From Candidatus Krumholzibacteriota bacterium (lineage in GTDB: Bacteria > Krumholzibacteriota > Krumholzibacteriia > JAJRXK01), in contig CAVSGG010000005.1 in assembly GCA_963727455.1 (NCBI GenBank), positions 128,001 to 192,000 of the forward strand: DNA of 64,000 bases, written 5' to 3'. A program made the position numbers and the translations under genes. Of this stretch, positions 19,681 through 29,068 are shown in pieces. A model generated the notes under the pieces. The model had not been told where the DNA came from and made no database searches. It was given only the letters and a program-made list of their open reading frames with translations. Position 1 is the stretch's first letter, and every line of letters starts with the position of its first letter.

Positions 19681-22181
19681 TTCGTGTGCTCATCGGATTG
19701 GCAGTCGTGTTCGCTCTTTTGGTAATCGCGGTGCGGTTGTTTCTCCCTGCAGACAAGATCCAGAGTTTTCTCTTTCGGGAATTAGAGTCGCGTACCGGAC
19801 TACACGCTGAAGCGGAAAAAGCGTCGATCCAGTTTCCCTGGCCGGTTGGTCTTCGATTGGAGGGGTTGAAGATCACCTCGCCTGGTGGTACCAAGGGTGG
19901 CATTCCTCGCCTGCAGGGCGAGGTCAAGGAGGCCCTGGCGCGCGCGGACTTCATGTCGCTCTTGCACAAGAAACCGCAAGTGCAGGAAATCCGTCTGGAA
20001 AATCCGCGCCTGGAAGTTTGGATGCCGCAAGCTAGCCCTTCGAAGACAGGGTCCGGCGGCAGCGGATCCAAGGCGGCAGCGAAACCTTCTACGAACTCGG
20101 CGGCCACCGCTCTCGCGCTCGGCTTGCTCAGCATCGACGACGGCAGGCTTGTAGTGCACCAGCCTGACGCTTCCACCGTCACCGTGGAAGGCCTGAACCA
20201 GAAGGCGCATTTCCAACTCGACGAGACCGGGCGATTCGCAGGGCGTCTCGATTCCGAGATTGCCAGCCTCGTCCTCGCAGACGCGGACCACAAGCAGACC
20301 CAGAGCCTCGACAAGCTCAGCGCCGACATCACGGTGGCGGGCACCATCGAGCCGCTCGACCTCCGCGCCCAGATCGACCACCTCAGCGCGGCGGGCTTGA
20401 GTCTGAAGGGTCCCTTCCAGTACCGCAAAGGCACCTCGCAGCCCTGGATCGACACGAATCTCCAGTGGGAGATGGATCCGGTCGAAGCGCGCGCGCGGCT
20501 GAAAGCTGCCGCGGATTCCCCGATGAAGAACTGGGATTTCACCGCGGAAGCTCTGCGCGGCAGCTTGCAGGCCAAAGGGGAATTACCGTCGCCTTCAGCT
20601 GGTCCCGCTGCGTGGCTGGACTTGGTTCAGCTCCGCGGGAAGGTCGATGGAATCAAGATCTCTGCCTTGGGTCGCGGGGATCTCGTGAGCGGCGCGTTTG
20701 GCTTCGCGCAACACGGAGATGAGATCATCCTCGACCCCCTCCAGATGGAGCTGCCAGGTGCCACCCTGAGCGGTCACGTTAGCGCCCCCGCACTGGGCAA
20801 GGGGAGAGTGAACGGAGAGCTGAAACTGCAGCGAGCCGATCTGGGAAAGCTGAAAGCTCTTCTTGCCTCGGTGTGGGATCAGTTGCCCGACAGTCTGGTA
20901 GCTGGCTCGACCCCCCCTGCGCAATGGCCTGGGATCGAGGGTGGCCTCAGCGGTACGATTGCGCTGAAGCTCCCGCTTCCCTTGCCGAAGAAACTGCCGG
21001 CCACTGCGGTGACGGGTGAGTTGTCGCTGGCTCGAACTTCCGTAGCCGCCGAGTCTCTCAGCGACAGTCTCGTCATTCGCTCGGGAACCATAGCTGCCAC
21101 CAGCCAGAGCGCCGAGCTGAGCAAGATCGCTCTCTCCAGCAGCGGTCTCGAAGCTTCGCTGCAGGGAAAGCTGGACGGTTGGCCGCAGGAATACCGATTC
21201 GTGGGAAGTGCGAACTTCGCTCTCCTGGATCTCGACAAACTCCTGAAGGAGAGCGGGGAGAAGCAAGCGCGCGCATCGGGCAAGTGGTGGAGTGTGGACT
21301 CAGCCTACGCGCAGGAAGCCAAGCAGGAGTTCCCCGCGCCCCCCAAGAAGCTCGAACTGCAAGTTCAGCTTTCGGCGCAGAAGTTTCGCAGTCGCGGATA
21401 CGAGGTCGAGAATCTGACCGGCCAACTCGACTTGCGCGACCAGCGAATGAAGCTGAGCGATCTCAAGGGAAGCATGGGCGGAGGAAAGCTCCTGGGCCAG
21501 GGGAGTGTGGACTGGAACGTGAAGCCCTCCAGCTGGAAAGGGCAAGTGGAGGCACAGCAAGTTTCGGCGGCCTCTTGTCTCTCTCCCTTCGCTCCCAAGC
21601 TTGCTCAGGCTTTTCAGAGTTCTCTCTCCGGTCTGATTCAGTTGAACGGGCCACTCACCAGCGACCGCAAGGTGATCCTTGAGGCCCTCAGCGGGGGCGG
21701 TGCACTCAAGGGTTCCGCGGGCGAGTTTCTCACAGGCACTCTCCTGGGAGAGGAACTCGACAAGCTTCCGGGCAAGATGGCCCAGAGCTTACGTGACATC
21801 CCCTTCAAGGAGTTCCTCACGCAAGTGAGGTTCGAAGGGGGGAAGGCGCACTTCGATCAGGCGATCCTCAAGGGCCCCACTCAGCTCAAGGCCGATGGGT
21901 GGGCCGGCTTCGATGGGACCGTCGACTACCAGCTGGAACTGAAGTTGCCGCCGGGAGAAAATCTGGATCTTGGATCGCTCACTCCTCTGACGGAATTTTT
22001 GCGTGAAAAAGACGGACGCATCACGATCCCGTTTCATGTGAGCGGCCGCGGCTCGAAACCCACGGTGACGCCCGAACTTGAGGCGGCGGAGAAGCGGGCG
22101 AAGGATGCAGTCAATCAGAATCTGGGCAACAAGCTCCAGGATCTGCTGAATGGTCTGAAGCGCAAGAAAGGTGGGGGTTGA
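19668..22181 (+). CDS. AsmA-family protein
   Basis: N-terminal TM anchor, long beta-rich body, C-terminal GFDGTVDY...IPFHVSG...P. Confidence 0.75.
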   Translation: MRKLIRVLIGLAVVFALLVIAVRLFLPADKIQSFLFRELESRTGLHAEAEKASIQFPWPVGLRLEGLKITSPGGTKGGIPRLQGEVKEALARADFMSLLHKKPQVQEIRLENPRLEVWMPQASPSKTGSGGSGSKAAAKPSTNSAATALALGLLSIDDGRLVVHQPDASTVTVEGLNQKAHFQLDETGRFAGRLDSEIASLVLADADHKQTQSLDKLSADITVAGTIEPLDLRAQIDHLSAAGLSLKGPFQYRKGTSQPWIDTNLQWEMDPVEARARLKAAADSPMKNWDFTAEALRGSLQAKGELPSPSAGPAAWLDLVQLRGKVDGIKISALGRGDLVSGAFGFAQHGDEIILDPLQMELPGATLSGHVSAPALGKGRVNGELKLQRADLGKLKALLASVWDQLPDSLVAGSTPPAQWPGIEGGLSGTIALKLPLPLPKKLPATAVTGELSLARTSVAAESLSDSLVIRSGTIAATSQSAELSKIALSSSGLEASLQGKLDGWPQEYRFVGSANFALLDLDKLLKESGEKQARASGKWWSVDSAYAQEAKQEFPAPPKKLELQVQLSAQKFRSRGYEVENLTGQLDLRDQRMKLSDLKGSMGGGKLLGQGSVDWNVKPSSWKGQVEAQQVSAASCLSPFAPKLAQAFQSSLSGLIQLNGPLTSDRKVILEALSGGGALKGSAGEFLTGTLLGEELDKLPGKMAQSLRDIPFKEFLTQVRFEGGKAHFDQAILKGPTQLKADGWAGFDGTVDYQLELKLPPGENLDLGSLTPLTEFLREKDGRITIPFHVSGRGSKPTVTPELEAAEKRAKDAVNQNLGNKLQDLLNGLKRKKGGG

Positions 22182-22196
22182 GGGCGCTCCGTCGTC

Positions 22197-22225
22197 TTGA
22201 CACCCCCAGGGGGCGGTGCTAGATT
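22197..22225 (+). promoter_or_regulatory. Sigma70 promoter of the tRNA cluster
   Basis: TTGACA - 17 bp - TAGATT, with extended -10 TG. Confidence 0.65.
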
Positions 22226-22336
22226 ACTGCACCGCTGCCGTCGGCCCTTGATTGCCGTGCAAGTGTGCGATTTCAAACGGCTTACGGTACCCCCTCCCGC
22301 CAAGGGTTAAGGCGCGGGGGCGCCCTTGAGGTTTAG

Positions 22337-22423
22337 GGAGGGCTAGACCTAACTGGTAAGGCAGCGGTCTTGAAAACCGCCGGGCGTTTGCCCTTGGGGG
22401 TTCGAGTCCCCCGCCCTCCGCCA
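22337..22423 (+). tRNA. tRNA-Ser (TGA)
   Basis: GGAGGGC/GCCCTCC acceptor stem, GCGGT-ctTGAaa-ACCGC, long variable arm, GTTCGA, G73-CCA. Confidence 0.95.
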
Positions 22424-22479
22424 TCTGGCGAGCGAAAGCGCAGGAGCGCTTCGGCCGGGGAGGCCAACAGGAAACTACT

Positions 22480-22567
<88 letters not shown>

Positions 22568-22593
22568 GATCGGGGGCTTTGCCCGAAAAGTTT

Positions 22594-22670
22594 GCGCCCA
22601 TAGCTCAACTGGATAGAGCGTTTGGCTACGGACCAGAAGGTTGGGGGTTCGAGTCCTCCTGGGCGCACCA
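22594..22670 (+). tRNA. tRNA-Arg (ACG)
   Basis: GCGCCCA/TGGGCGC, TTTGG-ctACGga-CCAGA, GTTCGAG, CCA. Confidence 0.95.
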
Positions 22671-22677
22671 TCGAGGA

Positions 22678-22712
22678 GGAAGGGCCGGAAGCGAGAGACC
22701 TCCGGCCCTTCC
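22678..22712 (+). terminator. 12-bp hairpin after tRNA-Arg (terminator or processing stem)
   Basis: GGAAGGGCCGGA...TCCGGCCCTTCC; weak U-tract. Confidence 0.5.
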
Positions 22713-22748
22713 GCTAATTCCTACACTCTTCAGCGAAAGGGAATCCTC

Positions 22749-23363
22749 GTGAGGAATCGAAGAAACACCTTGGTTCGAGTCTTTTCGGCGGGTGTTTTCC
22801 TGCTCAGTGTCGCCGTGGCGGCCTGTGCTCAGGACTCAACTTCCACCACTGCCGAGGAGATGACCGTGCCGCAAGAAGGTACCCGTGTTCAGCTCGAGAC
22901 CTCTCTTGGAACCATTACTCTGCGCCTCTACGACAAGCTCGCTCCCAAGGCAGTCGAGAACTTTCTCGGCCTGGCCAAGAAGGGCTATTACGACGGGGTC
23001 ATCTTCCACCGGGTAATCCCCGGCTTCATGATGCAGGGTGGCGACCCCACCGGCACTGGCTATGGCGGTCAGAGCCTTTGGGGAGAGCCTTTCGAGGACG
23101 AGATCTCCGACAGTCTCACCTTCGACAAGCGGGGTATCCTCGCGATGGCCAATGCCGGCCCCCACACGAACGGCAGCCAGTTCTTCATCACTTTCGCCGC
23201 CACTCCCTGGCTCAATGGTCGACACACCATCTTCGGTGAAGTAATCGATGGCATGGATGTGCTCGACAAGGCGGAGAAGGTGGAGATCGGTCCAAAGGAC
23301 AAACCAGTGGAGGACATCGTCATCAACGGCGTGAAGGTGCTGAAGTCCCAAGCTGAAGAATAG
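22749..23363 (+). CDS. Exported cyclophilin-type peptidyl-prolyl isomerase
   Basis: FHRVIPGFMMQGGDPTG, AMANAGP.TNGSQFFIT, WLNGRHTIFG; signal/lipoprotein-like N-terminus from GTG 22749. Confidence 0.93.
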   Translation: MRNRRNTLVRVFSAGVFLLSVAVAACAQDSTSTTAEEMTVPQEGTRVQLETSLGTITLRLYDKLAPKAVENFLGLAKKGYYDGVIFHRVIPGFMMQGGDPTGTGYGGQSLWGEPFEDEISDSLTFDKRGILAMANAGPHTNGSQFFITFAATPWLNGRHTIFGEVIDGMDVLDKAEKVEIGPKDKPVEDIVINGVKVLKSQAEE

Positions 23364-23476
23364 AGATCGGAACTTGATTCGTCTCTCGTGAACTCCGGCC
23401 CCCGTTTTCCCGCTCAGGGACGGGGGCCTTTGTCTACGATCCTCCAAGGTCCTGTCCCTGGGCAAAGGAACCCCTC

Positions 23477-25366
23477 GTGCGTAGCCCACTCAAATTCATA
23501 TTCCTCTGGCTGATTCTCCTTCCTTCTTTCGCCTGGGCTTACCCGGCAACCGGAAGTCATGGTTTTGGGATGACCGTCTTTCAGGGACGACAGCCCCAGC
23601 GCTTCGAGGTCGAGTTTCTCGGCGTCCTGCAGCGCGCGGGTTCGACCGGAGATGTCCTTCTGGCGCGGCTCTCCGGAGGACCTCTGAAGGAGACAGGAGT
23701 CCTGCAGGGAATGAGTGGAAGCCCGGTGTGGGTTGGAGACGAACTGGTGGGGGCGGTCGCGGCAACTTGGGCGTTCGCGAAGGAGCCCATGGCACTGATC
23801 CGGCCCATCGACGAGATGCGCAAACTACGCAGCTACCTCGACGAAGGAAAGCACCCCACTTGGTCACCCGGGGATCGACTAGCGCCTGCCCCTGACGCGG
23901 TCGTGGCGCCGGCTCCCTTCGACCAGGCGCGCGAGCTCAGCGAGCTCGGTCTGTCGGACAAAACCGAGGCCCCCAGTACTCCCGATCCTCTGGGCGATGA
24001 TCTCTGGCCCTTGGGCAAGATGGAAGGACTCAGCTGGAGCGAGTCCGGTCTGAGTGCAGCGGTGCGCGCAGCGCTCGAGCGACGCATGGGAACTTCCCTG
24101 GCTCCGGCGCTGAGCGCGGGTGCGGTGAGTACAGGGGGCACGGACAAGCCTGACGAGGGCGTATCGCAGCGAGCGAAACACGACTCTACGAATGAAGTGG
24201 TTCACCCCGGCGACGCGCTGGCGGTGCTTCTGGTGAGTGGGGACGCCCAACTTGCGGCCACCGGGACTGTGACAGAAGTCGACGGCGACGACCTTTTGGC
24301 CTTCGGTCACCCCTTCCTCGGCGCAGGCCCCGTGAGTCTCCCGATGTACGAGGCCGAGGTGGTGGGCGTGCTACCCAGTCAACAGATTTCCTTCAAGATC
24401 ACCAATCCCACGCGTGAGATCGGGGCCCTGCTCTTGGATCGTCCAACCGGCGTTGCGGGACGGCTCGGAGTGCATGCGGACACCATGCCGGTGGAGGTGG
24501 AGGTCACGGGGGAGAGTGGAGAGAGCCATCTCTTTCATTATCAGATCGCGCGGCATCCCAGTGTGGGACCTCCTCTCGTGTATTGGTGCGTGCAAAATTC
24601 CCTCTCCGCGCTTTCCGATCTGTCCACCCTTACCACCGCGCAGATGAAAATCGAGTTGGACATCCAAGGCGAAGCGCCGCTCAGCAGCACGGCCGCGGTG
24701 ACGGGACTGGAAACCGGGGGTGAGTTGGCGAAAGAGGTGATGCTGCCGCTAAGTTTGCTCACCTTCAATCCCGGACATTCCGTGCGCGTCGAGAAAGCGA
24801 AGATCTCGCTGACGCTTCGGCGGGGGATCCAGTCGGCCAGTTTGGGCCGTGCGCGGGTGCGTCCGGCCCGTCCCAAGCCTGGGGATACGCTCACGGTGGG
24901 GGTGGAACTCTTGCCCTATCGCTCGCAGCCGCAGTGGACAAAGTTTTCGATGCCGCTTCCCGCAGATCTCCCCGAGGGCAAGTACGTCTTGCATATAAGC
25001 GACGGGAGCACGGCCTTCGCCACAGAACTGAACCGAGCCCAAGAGCGGTGGAGTTATCCTGGCCTCCGTCCCATCCGGGAAGCTTTCGCCAAACGGCGGC
25101 CCGCCAACACTCTGGTCGCCGTTCTCTACGGACGTCCGGCTTCCGCAGTGGTGCAGGGGAGAGAGTGGGAGAACTTGCCCGGCAGCGTGCAAGAGGTGAT
25201 GCGAGAGTCCCAGGGCAGCCAAGCCAACGAAGGCGTGAAGGCGGCGGTGATTCTGCGTCGAGAGAAGGAAACCGATTGGGTACTCTCCGGCGACATCGTG
25301 CTGCCTTTGCTCATTGCCAATCCCGACCACGGGCAAGAAGAAAACAGCTCATCTGCGAAACAGTGA
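23477..25366 (+). CDS. Secreted SpoIVB/peptidase S55-domain protein
   Basis: Signal peptide; GVLQGMSGSPV near residue 78; GTVT...LAFGHPF near residue 278. Confidence 0.8.
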   Translation: MRSPLKFIFLWLILLPSFAWAYPATGSHGFGMTVFQGRQPQRFEVEFLGVLQRAGSTGDVLLARLSGGPLKETGVLQGMSGSPVWVGDELVGAVAATWAFAKEPMALIRPIDEMRKLRSYLDEGKHPTWSPGDRLAPAPDAVVAPAPFDQARELSELGLSDKTEAPSTPDPLGDDLWPLGKMEGLSWSESGLSAAVRAALERRMGTSLAPALSAGAVSTGGTDKPDEGVSQRAKHDSTNEVVHPGDALAVLLVSGDAQLAATGTVTEVDGDDLLAFGHPFLGAGPVSLPMYEAEVVGVLPSQQISFKITNPTREIGALLLDRPTGVAGRLGVHADTMPVEVEVTGESGESHLFHYQIARHPSVGPPLVYWCVQNSLSALSDLSTLTTAQMKIELDIQGEAPLSSTAAVTGLETGGELAKEVMLPLSLLTFNPGHSVRVEKAKISLTLRRGIQSASLGRARVRPARPKPGDTLTVGVELLPYRSQPQWTKFSMPLPADLPEGKYVLHISDGSTAFATELNRAQERWSYPGLRPIREAFAKRRPANTLVAVLYGRPASAVVQGREWENLPGSVQEVMRESQGSQANEGVKAAVILRREKETDWVLSGDIVLPLLIANPDHGQEENSSSAKQ

Positions 25367-25388
25367 ACGAAAACCCTAGGAGACTTTC

Positions 25389-27458
25389 ATGCGGCGCTTC
25401 GCCTTGTCCATTCTGACGTCTCTGTTGCTCCTGCATTCTGCCGCTTCCTTTGCGGCCGGAACGCGCAACGTGATTCATCGTGCGGGCGACTTCCTGAAAG
25501 GAGAGATGAAGGGGGTAGGGCTGGATGCGGAGGGCCGACTGTCTCCCGCGCCCATGCAGAGTCAGGAATGGAAGACCGACGCAGATTATGTCTGGTGTCT
25601 CGCCCGCGACGCGCAGGACCGACTCCTCGTCGGCACGGGCAACTCGGGGGTGATCTATCGCCAGGAGGGGGAGGCCCTGAAGCCCTGGTCTCTCTCGCTG
25701 GGTCTGGAGGTACTGTCGTTGCTCAGCAGCGGCAAAACTGTCCTCGCGGGCACGGCACCCGACGGTACGGTCTACCGCGTCGCCGCCGACGGTTCGGCGA
25801 GTGTCGCCCTGGAGTCGGGACAACAGTCCATTTGGTGTTTGGCCAAAGGCAAAGAGCCCCATACCTGGCTGGCGGGGACTGGACCGGAAGCGCAGCTCCT
25901 GCGTTTGAAGAATGGACAGACCCAAGGCGAGTTGATTCACGCATTTCCCGCCGCGAACCTCGTCGCCATCGTCGAGGATGCATCCGGTTTCTGGGTTACG
26001 ACGCATGCCCCCGCTCTCTTGTATCGCGTGGAAGGCAACGAAGTGAACCCGCCTCGCCTCGTGTACGAGGCTCCTCGAGGAGAGATTCGCAGCACGGTGA
26101 GCGATGGCGCTCAGGGAGTGTATCTCTTGCTCCTCGAGTCATCGAAACAAGCGAGTAACTCGGGTCAGAACGCCGCCGACCACAGTCGGATCCTCTGGCT
26201 TCCCGCCGACGGGGGAAGGGTGGAAGTCTACGCTGTGGATCGCCGCCTTTTGAGTTTGGCCCGCATGCCCGACGGAACCCTGGTGGCGGGCGAAGCCGAA
26301 ACCGGACGACTTCATCACATCGAGCCCTTGCGCGCCCGGGGTACCATGTGGGGTGATCTCGAGGGAGGGGATCCTCTCTGTATCCTCGTCTCCGACAAGG
26401 GCGGACTCGACATCGGGACCGGCAATCCGGGCAGCGTGTTTCACTTGAAGCCGGCCGCGGCCACGACAGGACAGTTCACTTCTCCCGTCATCGACACTGC
26501 GGGAGCGATTGCTTGGGGGCGTATTCGAGCGGAAACCGAGGGCGGGAAAGTCGAGGTGAGAACTCGCAGCGGGATTCGCAAGGAGCCCGATGCCAGCTGG
26601 AGCCACTGGAGCGATGCGCAGCCCGTCGGAAGGAAAGTCGACGCACCTCTCGCTCCATACCTGCAGTATCGTCTCGAACTGGATGCGGGCGAGCCATTGG
26701 CTCGCGTGAGCAGTGCGCGCATGAGCTGGCGTGAGAGAAACCTCGCTCCGCAACTGCAAGAGGTCCGCGTGGAACCCGCCGAAGCCACACTCTATGCGGG
26801 GGGAGCCAACAGCGGCCCTCCCTCTCCGGTGAGTCAGCAGTTCGACGACGGTCTCCAGGTGGAATACTCCATGTACCAGGCGAGGCAGCCCGCGGCTCCG
26901 GAAACGAGCACCTGGGCTCGCGGTCTGCGCAGCATCCGTTGGAAGGCGGAGGACCCCAACTCGGATCGGCTCAGGTTCGCCGTCGAGGTACAACGGCTGG
27001 GTTCCAAGAGCTGGTATACCCTCGGCAAGGACCTGGAGGCTCCCGTGTACGCGTGGGATACTCGCGCCTTCGAGGACGGGGCCTATCGGGTTCGGGTACG
27101 GGCCGACGACGGGATGGACAATGACCCAGACTCCGCCCTGAGCAGCGAACAGCTCAGCGCACTCGTCACCGTAGACAACACCCCCCCGGTCTTCACGCAC
27201 CTGAAGTGGAAAACGAACGAGGGTCAAGAGATCGAGGGAGAGGTGAAGGACGAAGTTTCACCATTGACCATGCTCTCGATGAAATGCGGGAAGGGTGAGT
27301 GGACTCCGGTAAGACCGGTCGACGCAGTTCTGGACGGTCCGGACGAAACTTTTCATCTTCATTTGAGCCCAGAATGTCTCGCAGACTCGGGGAGAATCTG
27401 GCTGCGCGCGGTCGACGCGGCGGGAAACGTGGTTCTGCGCGAACTCCAACGACCATGA
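25389..27458 (+). CDS. Secreted beta-propeller protein with C-terminal FN3/Ig-like domains
   Basis: Signal peptide; repeated GTG..G.(I/V)Y motifs; RTRSG...WS.WS; WDT..F.DG.YRVRV; VDNTPP. Confidence 0.7.
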   Translation: MRRFALSILTSLLLLHSAASFAAGTRNVIHRAGDFLKGEMKGVGLDAEGRLSPAPMQSQEWKTDADYVWCLARDAQDRLLVGTGNSGVIYRQEGEALKPWSLSLGLEVLSLLSSGKTVLAGTAPDGTVYRVAADGSASVALESGQQSIWCLAKGKEPHTWLAGTGPEAQLLRLKNGQTQGELIHAFPAANLVAIVEDASGFWVTTHAPALLYRVEGNEVNPPRLVYEAPRGEIRSTVSDGAQGVYLLLLESSKQASNSGQNAADHSRILWLPADGGRVEVYAVDRRLLSLARMPDGTLVAGEAETGRLHHIEPLRARGTMWGDLEGGDPLCILVSDKGGLDIGTGNPGSVFHLKPAAATTGQFTSPVIDTAGAIAWGRIRAETEGGKVEVRTRSGIRKEPDASWSHWSDAQPVGRKVDAPLAPYLQYRLELDAGEPLARVSSARMSWRERNLAPQLQEVRVEPAEATLYAGGANSGPPSPVSQQFDDGLQVEYSMYQARQPAAPETSTWARGLRSIRWKAEDPNSDRLRFAVEVQRLGSKSWYTLGKDLEAPVYAWDTRAFEDGAYRVRVRADDGMDNDPDSALSSEQLSALVTVDNTPPVFTHLKWKTNEGQEIEGEVKDEVSPLTMLSMKCGKGEWTPVRPVDAVLDGPDETFHLHLSPECLADSGRIWLRAVDAAGNVVLRELQRP

Positions 27459-27952
27459 GTCGGTTCGATGGCGCACCGGAGATCGAGTTCGGCGGCTCAC
27501 GCTCGACGGACGAACGCTTCATGCGCCTGGCTCTGCTGGAAGCCTCGGCGGCGCTGGAAGAGGATGAAACCCCGGTGGGAGCGGTGGTGGTGCAGGACGG
27601 GCGCGTGGTCGGACGTGGCCACAATCGGGTAGAAGCTCTCGGCGATGCGACGGCGCACGCGGAGATCCTTGCCATCGGCGCGGCCGCGACCACCCTGGGG
27701 GATTGGCGGCTGAACGGCGCCACCCTGTACGTGAACATGGAGCCCTGTATCATGTGCACGGGCAGCCTCCTTCTGTCGCGAATTCGCCGTTTGGTCTACG
27801 GATTGCGGGACCCACGCGCCGGAGCGTGCGGCTCCCGGCTGGACCTCGTGCAGGCCAATCCCTACAACCACGAAATGCTGCTCCTGGACGGGTGCCTTGC
27901 CGCAGAGAGTGAGGCCCTACTCAGCGAGTTCTATCGCAAGCTGCGCGATTGA
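27455..27952 (+). CDS. tadA: tRNA adenosine(34) deaminase
   Basis: FMRLAL, PVGAVVV, AHAE, LYVNMEPCIMC. Confidence 0.93.
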   Translation: MSRFDGAPEIEFGGSRSTDERFMRLALLEASAALEEDETPVGAVVVQDGRVVGRGHNRVEALGDATAHAEILAIGAAATTLGDWRLNGATLYVNMEPCIMCTGSLLLSRIRRLVYGLRDPRAGACGSRLDLVQANPYNHEMLLLDGCLAAESEALLSEFYRKLRD

Positions 27953-28030
27953 GACCTCTGTTCCTTGAAAATGGAGGACGAGTCACTATCATCTTGTGGC
28001 CGGAAGGGGAACATCCCCCCGGTCCAATGA

Positions 28031-28118
28031 GGAGAGATGCGAGAGCGGCTGAATCGGCACGACTGGAAATCGTGTGTACCGAGAGGTACCGTGGGTTCGA
28101 ATCCCACTCTCTCCGCCA
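28031..28118 (+). tRNA. tRNA-Ser (GGA)
   Basis: GGAGAGA/TCTCTCC, CACGA-ctGGAaa-TCGTG, long variable arm, CCA. TTGAAA-16-TATCAT upstream (27965-27992). Confidence 0.95.
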
Positions 28119-28165
28119 CATTTTCGACCCTTGTCCGGGAGTGAACCCGGGCTCGTAGACTTTGC

Positions 28166-28255
28166 GGAGAGGTGCCGGAGCGGTCGAACGGGACGGTCTC
28201 GAAAACCGTTGATCTCGCAAGGGGTCCCAGGGTTCGAATCCCTGCCTCTCCGCCA
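28166..28255 (+). tRNA. tRNA-Ser (CGA)
   Basis: GGAGAGG/CCTCTCC, ACGGT-ctCGAaa-ACCGT, long variable arm, CCA. Confidence 0.95.
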
Positions 28256-28278
28256 TACCCGGTCCGCGCCCAGGTTTC

Positions 28279-28707
28279 TCAGGAGCGCGGCCGAAGTCGG
28301 ACTAGGAGGGCTCCCGCTCCGCCCTCGCGGAGCGGCGCCTCCTCGAAACCTGCGACCAGTTCGGGGTGCTCCTCCAGCCAACCGCGGACCGCCGGGGCCA
28401 GCACCGGGATACCGTCCGGCGATCCCCGCCCTTTCCCAACTACCACGATCAACTCCTGAGTACCCAGTGCCTGTTTGGCGATGAGGAAGCCGTGCAGTCG
28501 ACTCAGCGCCAGGTCCAAGGGCATCTTGCGCAGCATGAGGCGTGGGCGAGGGGGGGAGGGGTTCTCGGAGCGCGCAGTCCGGCGGGAGCGCATTTTCGCT
28601 TGCTCGGGTGCGGGAGTTTCCGCGCTGGGGGGATGCTCGGCGAGGTGCCGCAGCATCTCTTTCCGGACCTCCTGCGGGTCGCTTTTCTGCTTTCTTCGCT
28701 TCGCCAT
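28279..28707 (-). CDS. Stand-alone Smr/MutS2 C-terminal domain protein
   Basis: IVVVGKGRGS...PVL...V..WL and EGGAGALLVRL. Confidence 0.8.
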   Translation of the reverse strand: MAKRRKQKSDPQEVRKEMLRHLAEHPPSAETPAPEQAKMRSRRTARSENPSPPRPRLMLRKMPLDLALSRLHGFLIAKQALGTQELIVVVGKGRGSPDGIPVLAPAVRGWLEEHPELVAGFEEAPLREGGAGALLVRLRPRS

Positions 28708-28768
28708 GGCGCAACCTGGGCAGGGAAATTGACAAGGGGCTGCTCCCATGCTACTTCATACGCGGCAT

Positions 28769-28845
28769 GGGGATGTAGCTCAGTTTGGGAGAGCGCCTCG
28801 TTCGCAACGAGGAGGTCGGCGGTTCGAGCCCGCTCATCTCCACCA
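28769..28845 (+). tRNA. tRNA-Ala (CGC)
   Basis: GGGGATG/CATCTCC with G3:U70, CCTCG-ttCGCaa-CGAGG, A73-CCA; TTGACA at 28729. Confidence 0.95.
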
Positions 28846-28927
28846 GATCTCGATTGCTCCAGCGTAGATTCTGCCACGCCAAAGGCGGGCCAAGAGCCCG
28901 CGCATCTCGAGGCGGAACACGCGAGTT

Positions 28928-29027
28928 TGGGCCAGGTCCTGCGCAGCATCAGCTTGCTAATCCGGTCAGGACTGGAAGGTAGCAGCCGCGTGCGAGTCCT
29001 GTTGCGTGCCGCAGGTCGCCTGGCCCA
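28928..29027 (+). ncRNA. ffs: Signal recognition particle (4.5S) RNA
   Basis: Helix-8 core TCAGGACT-GGAA-GGTAGCAGC within a long hairpin closed by TGGGCCAGG/CCTGGCCCA; canonical position upstream of dnaX. Ends approximate. Confidence 0.9.
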
Positions 29028-29068
29028 TCTTCTCCTCACGGGCGAAGAGCCCACAGCTCTGGGTCATC

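Noticed and set aside
22240-22330. Possible tRNA-Sec at TTCAAA upstream of tRNA-Ser
   Set aside because: No acceptor stem, T-arm or CCA could be folded.
22671-28030. tRNA-anchored genomic island between the two tRNA groups
   Set aside because: No integrase, no att-like duplication of a tRNA 3' end, no obvious compositional shift, and it contains the core gene tadA.
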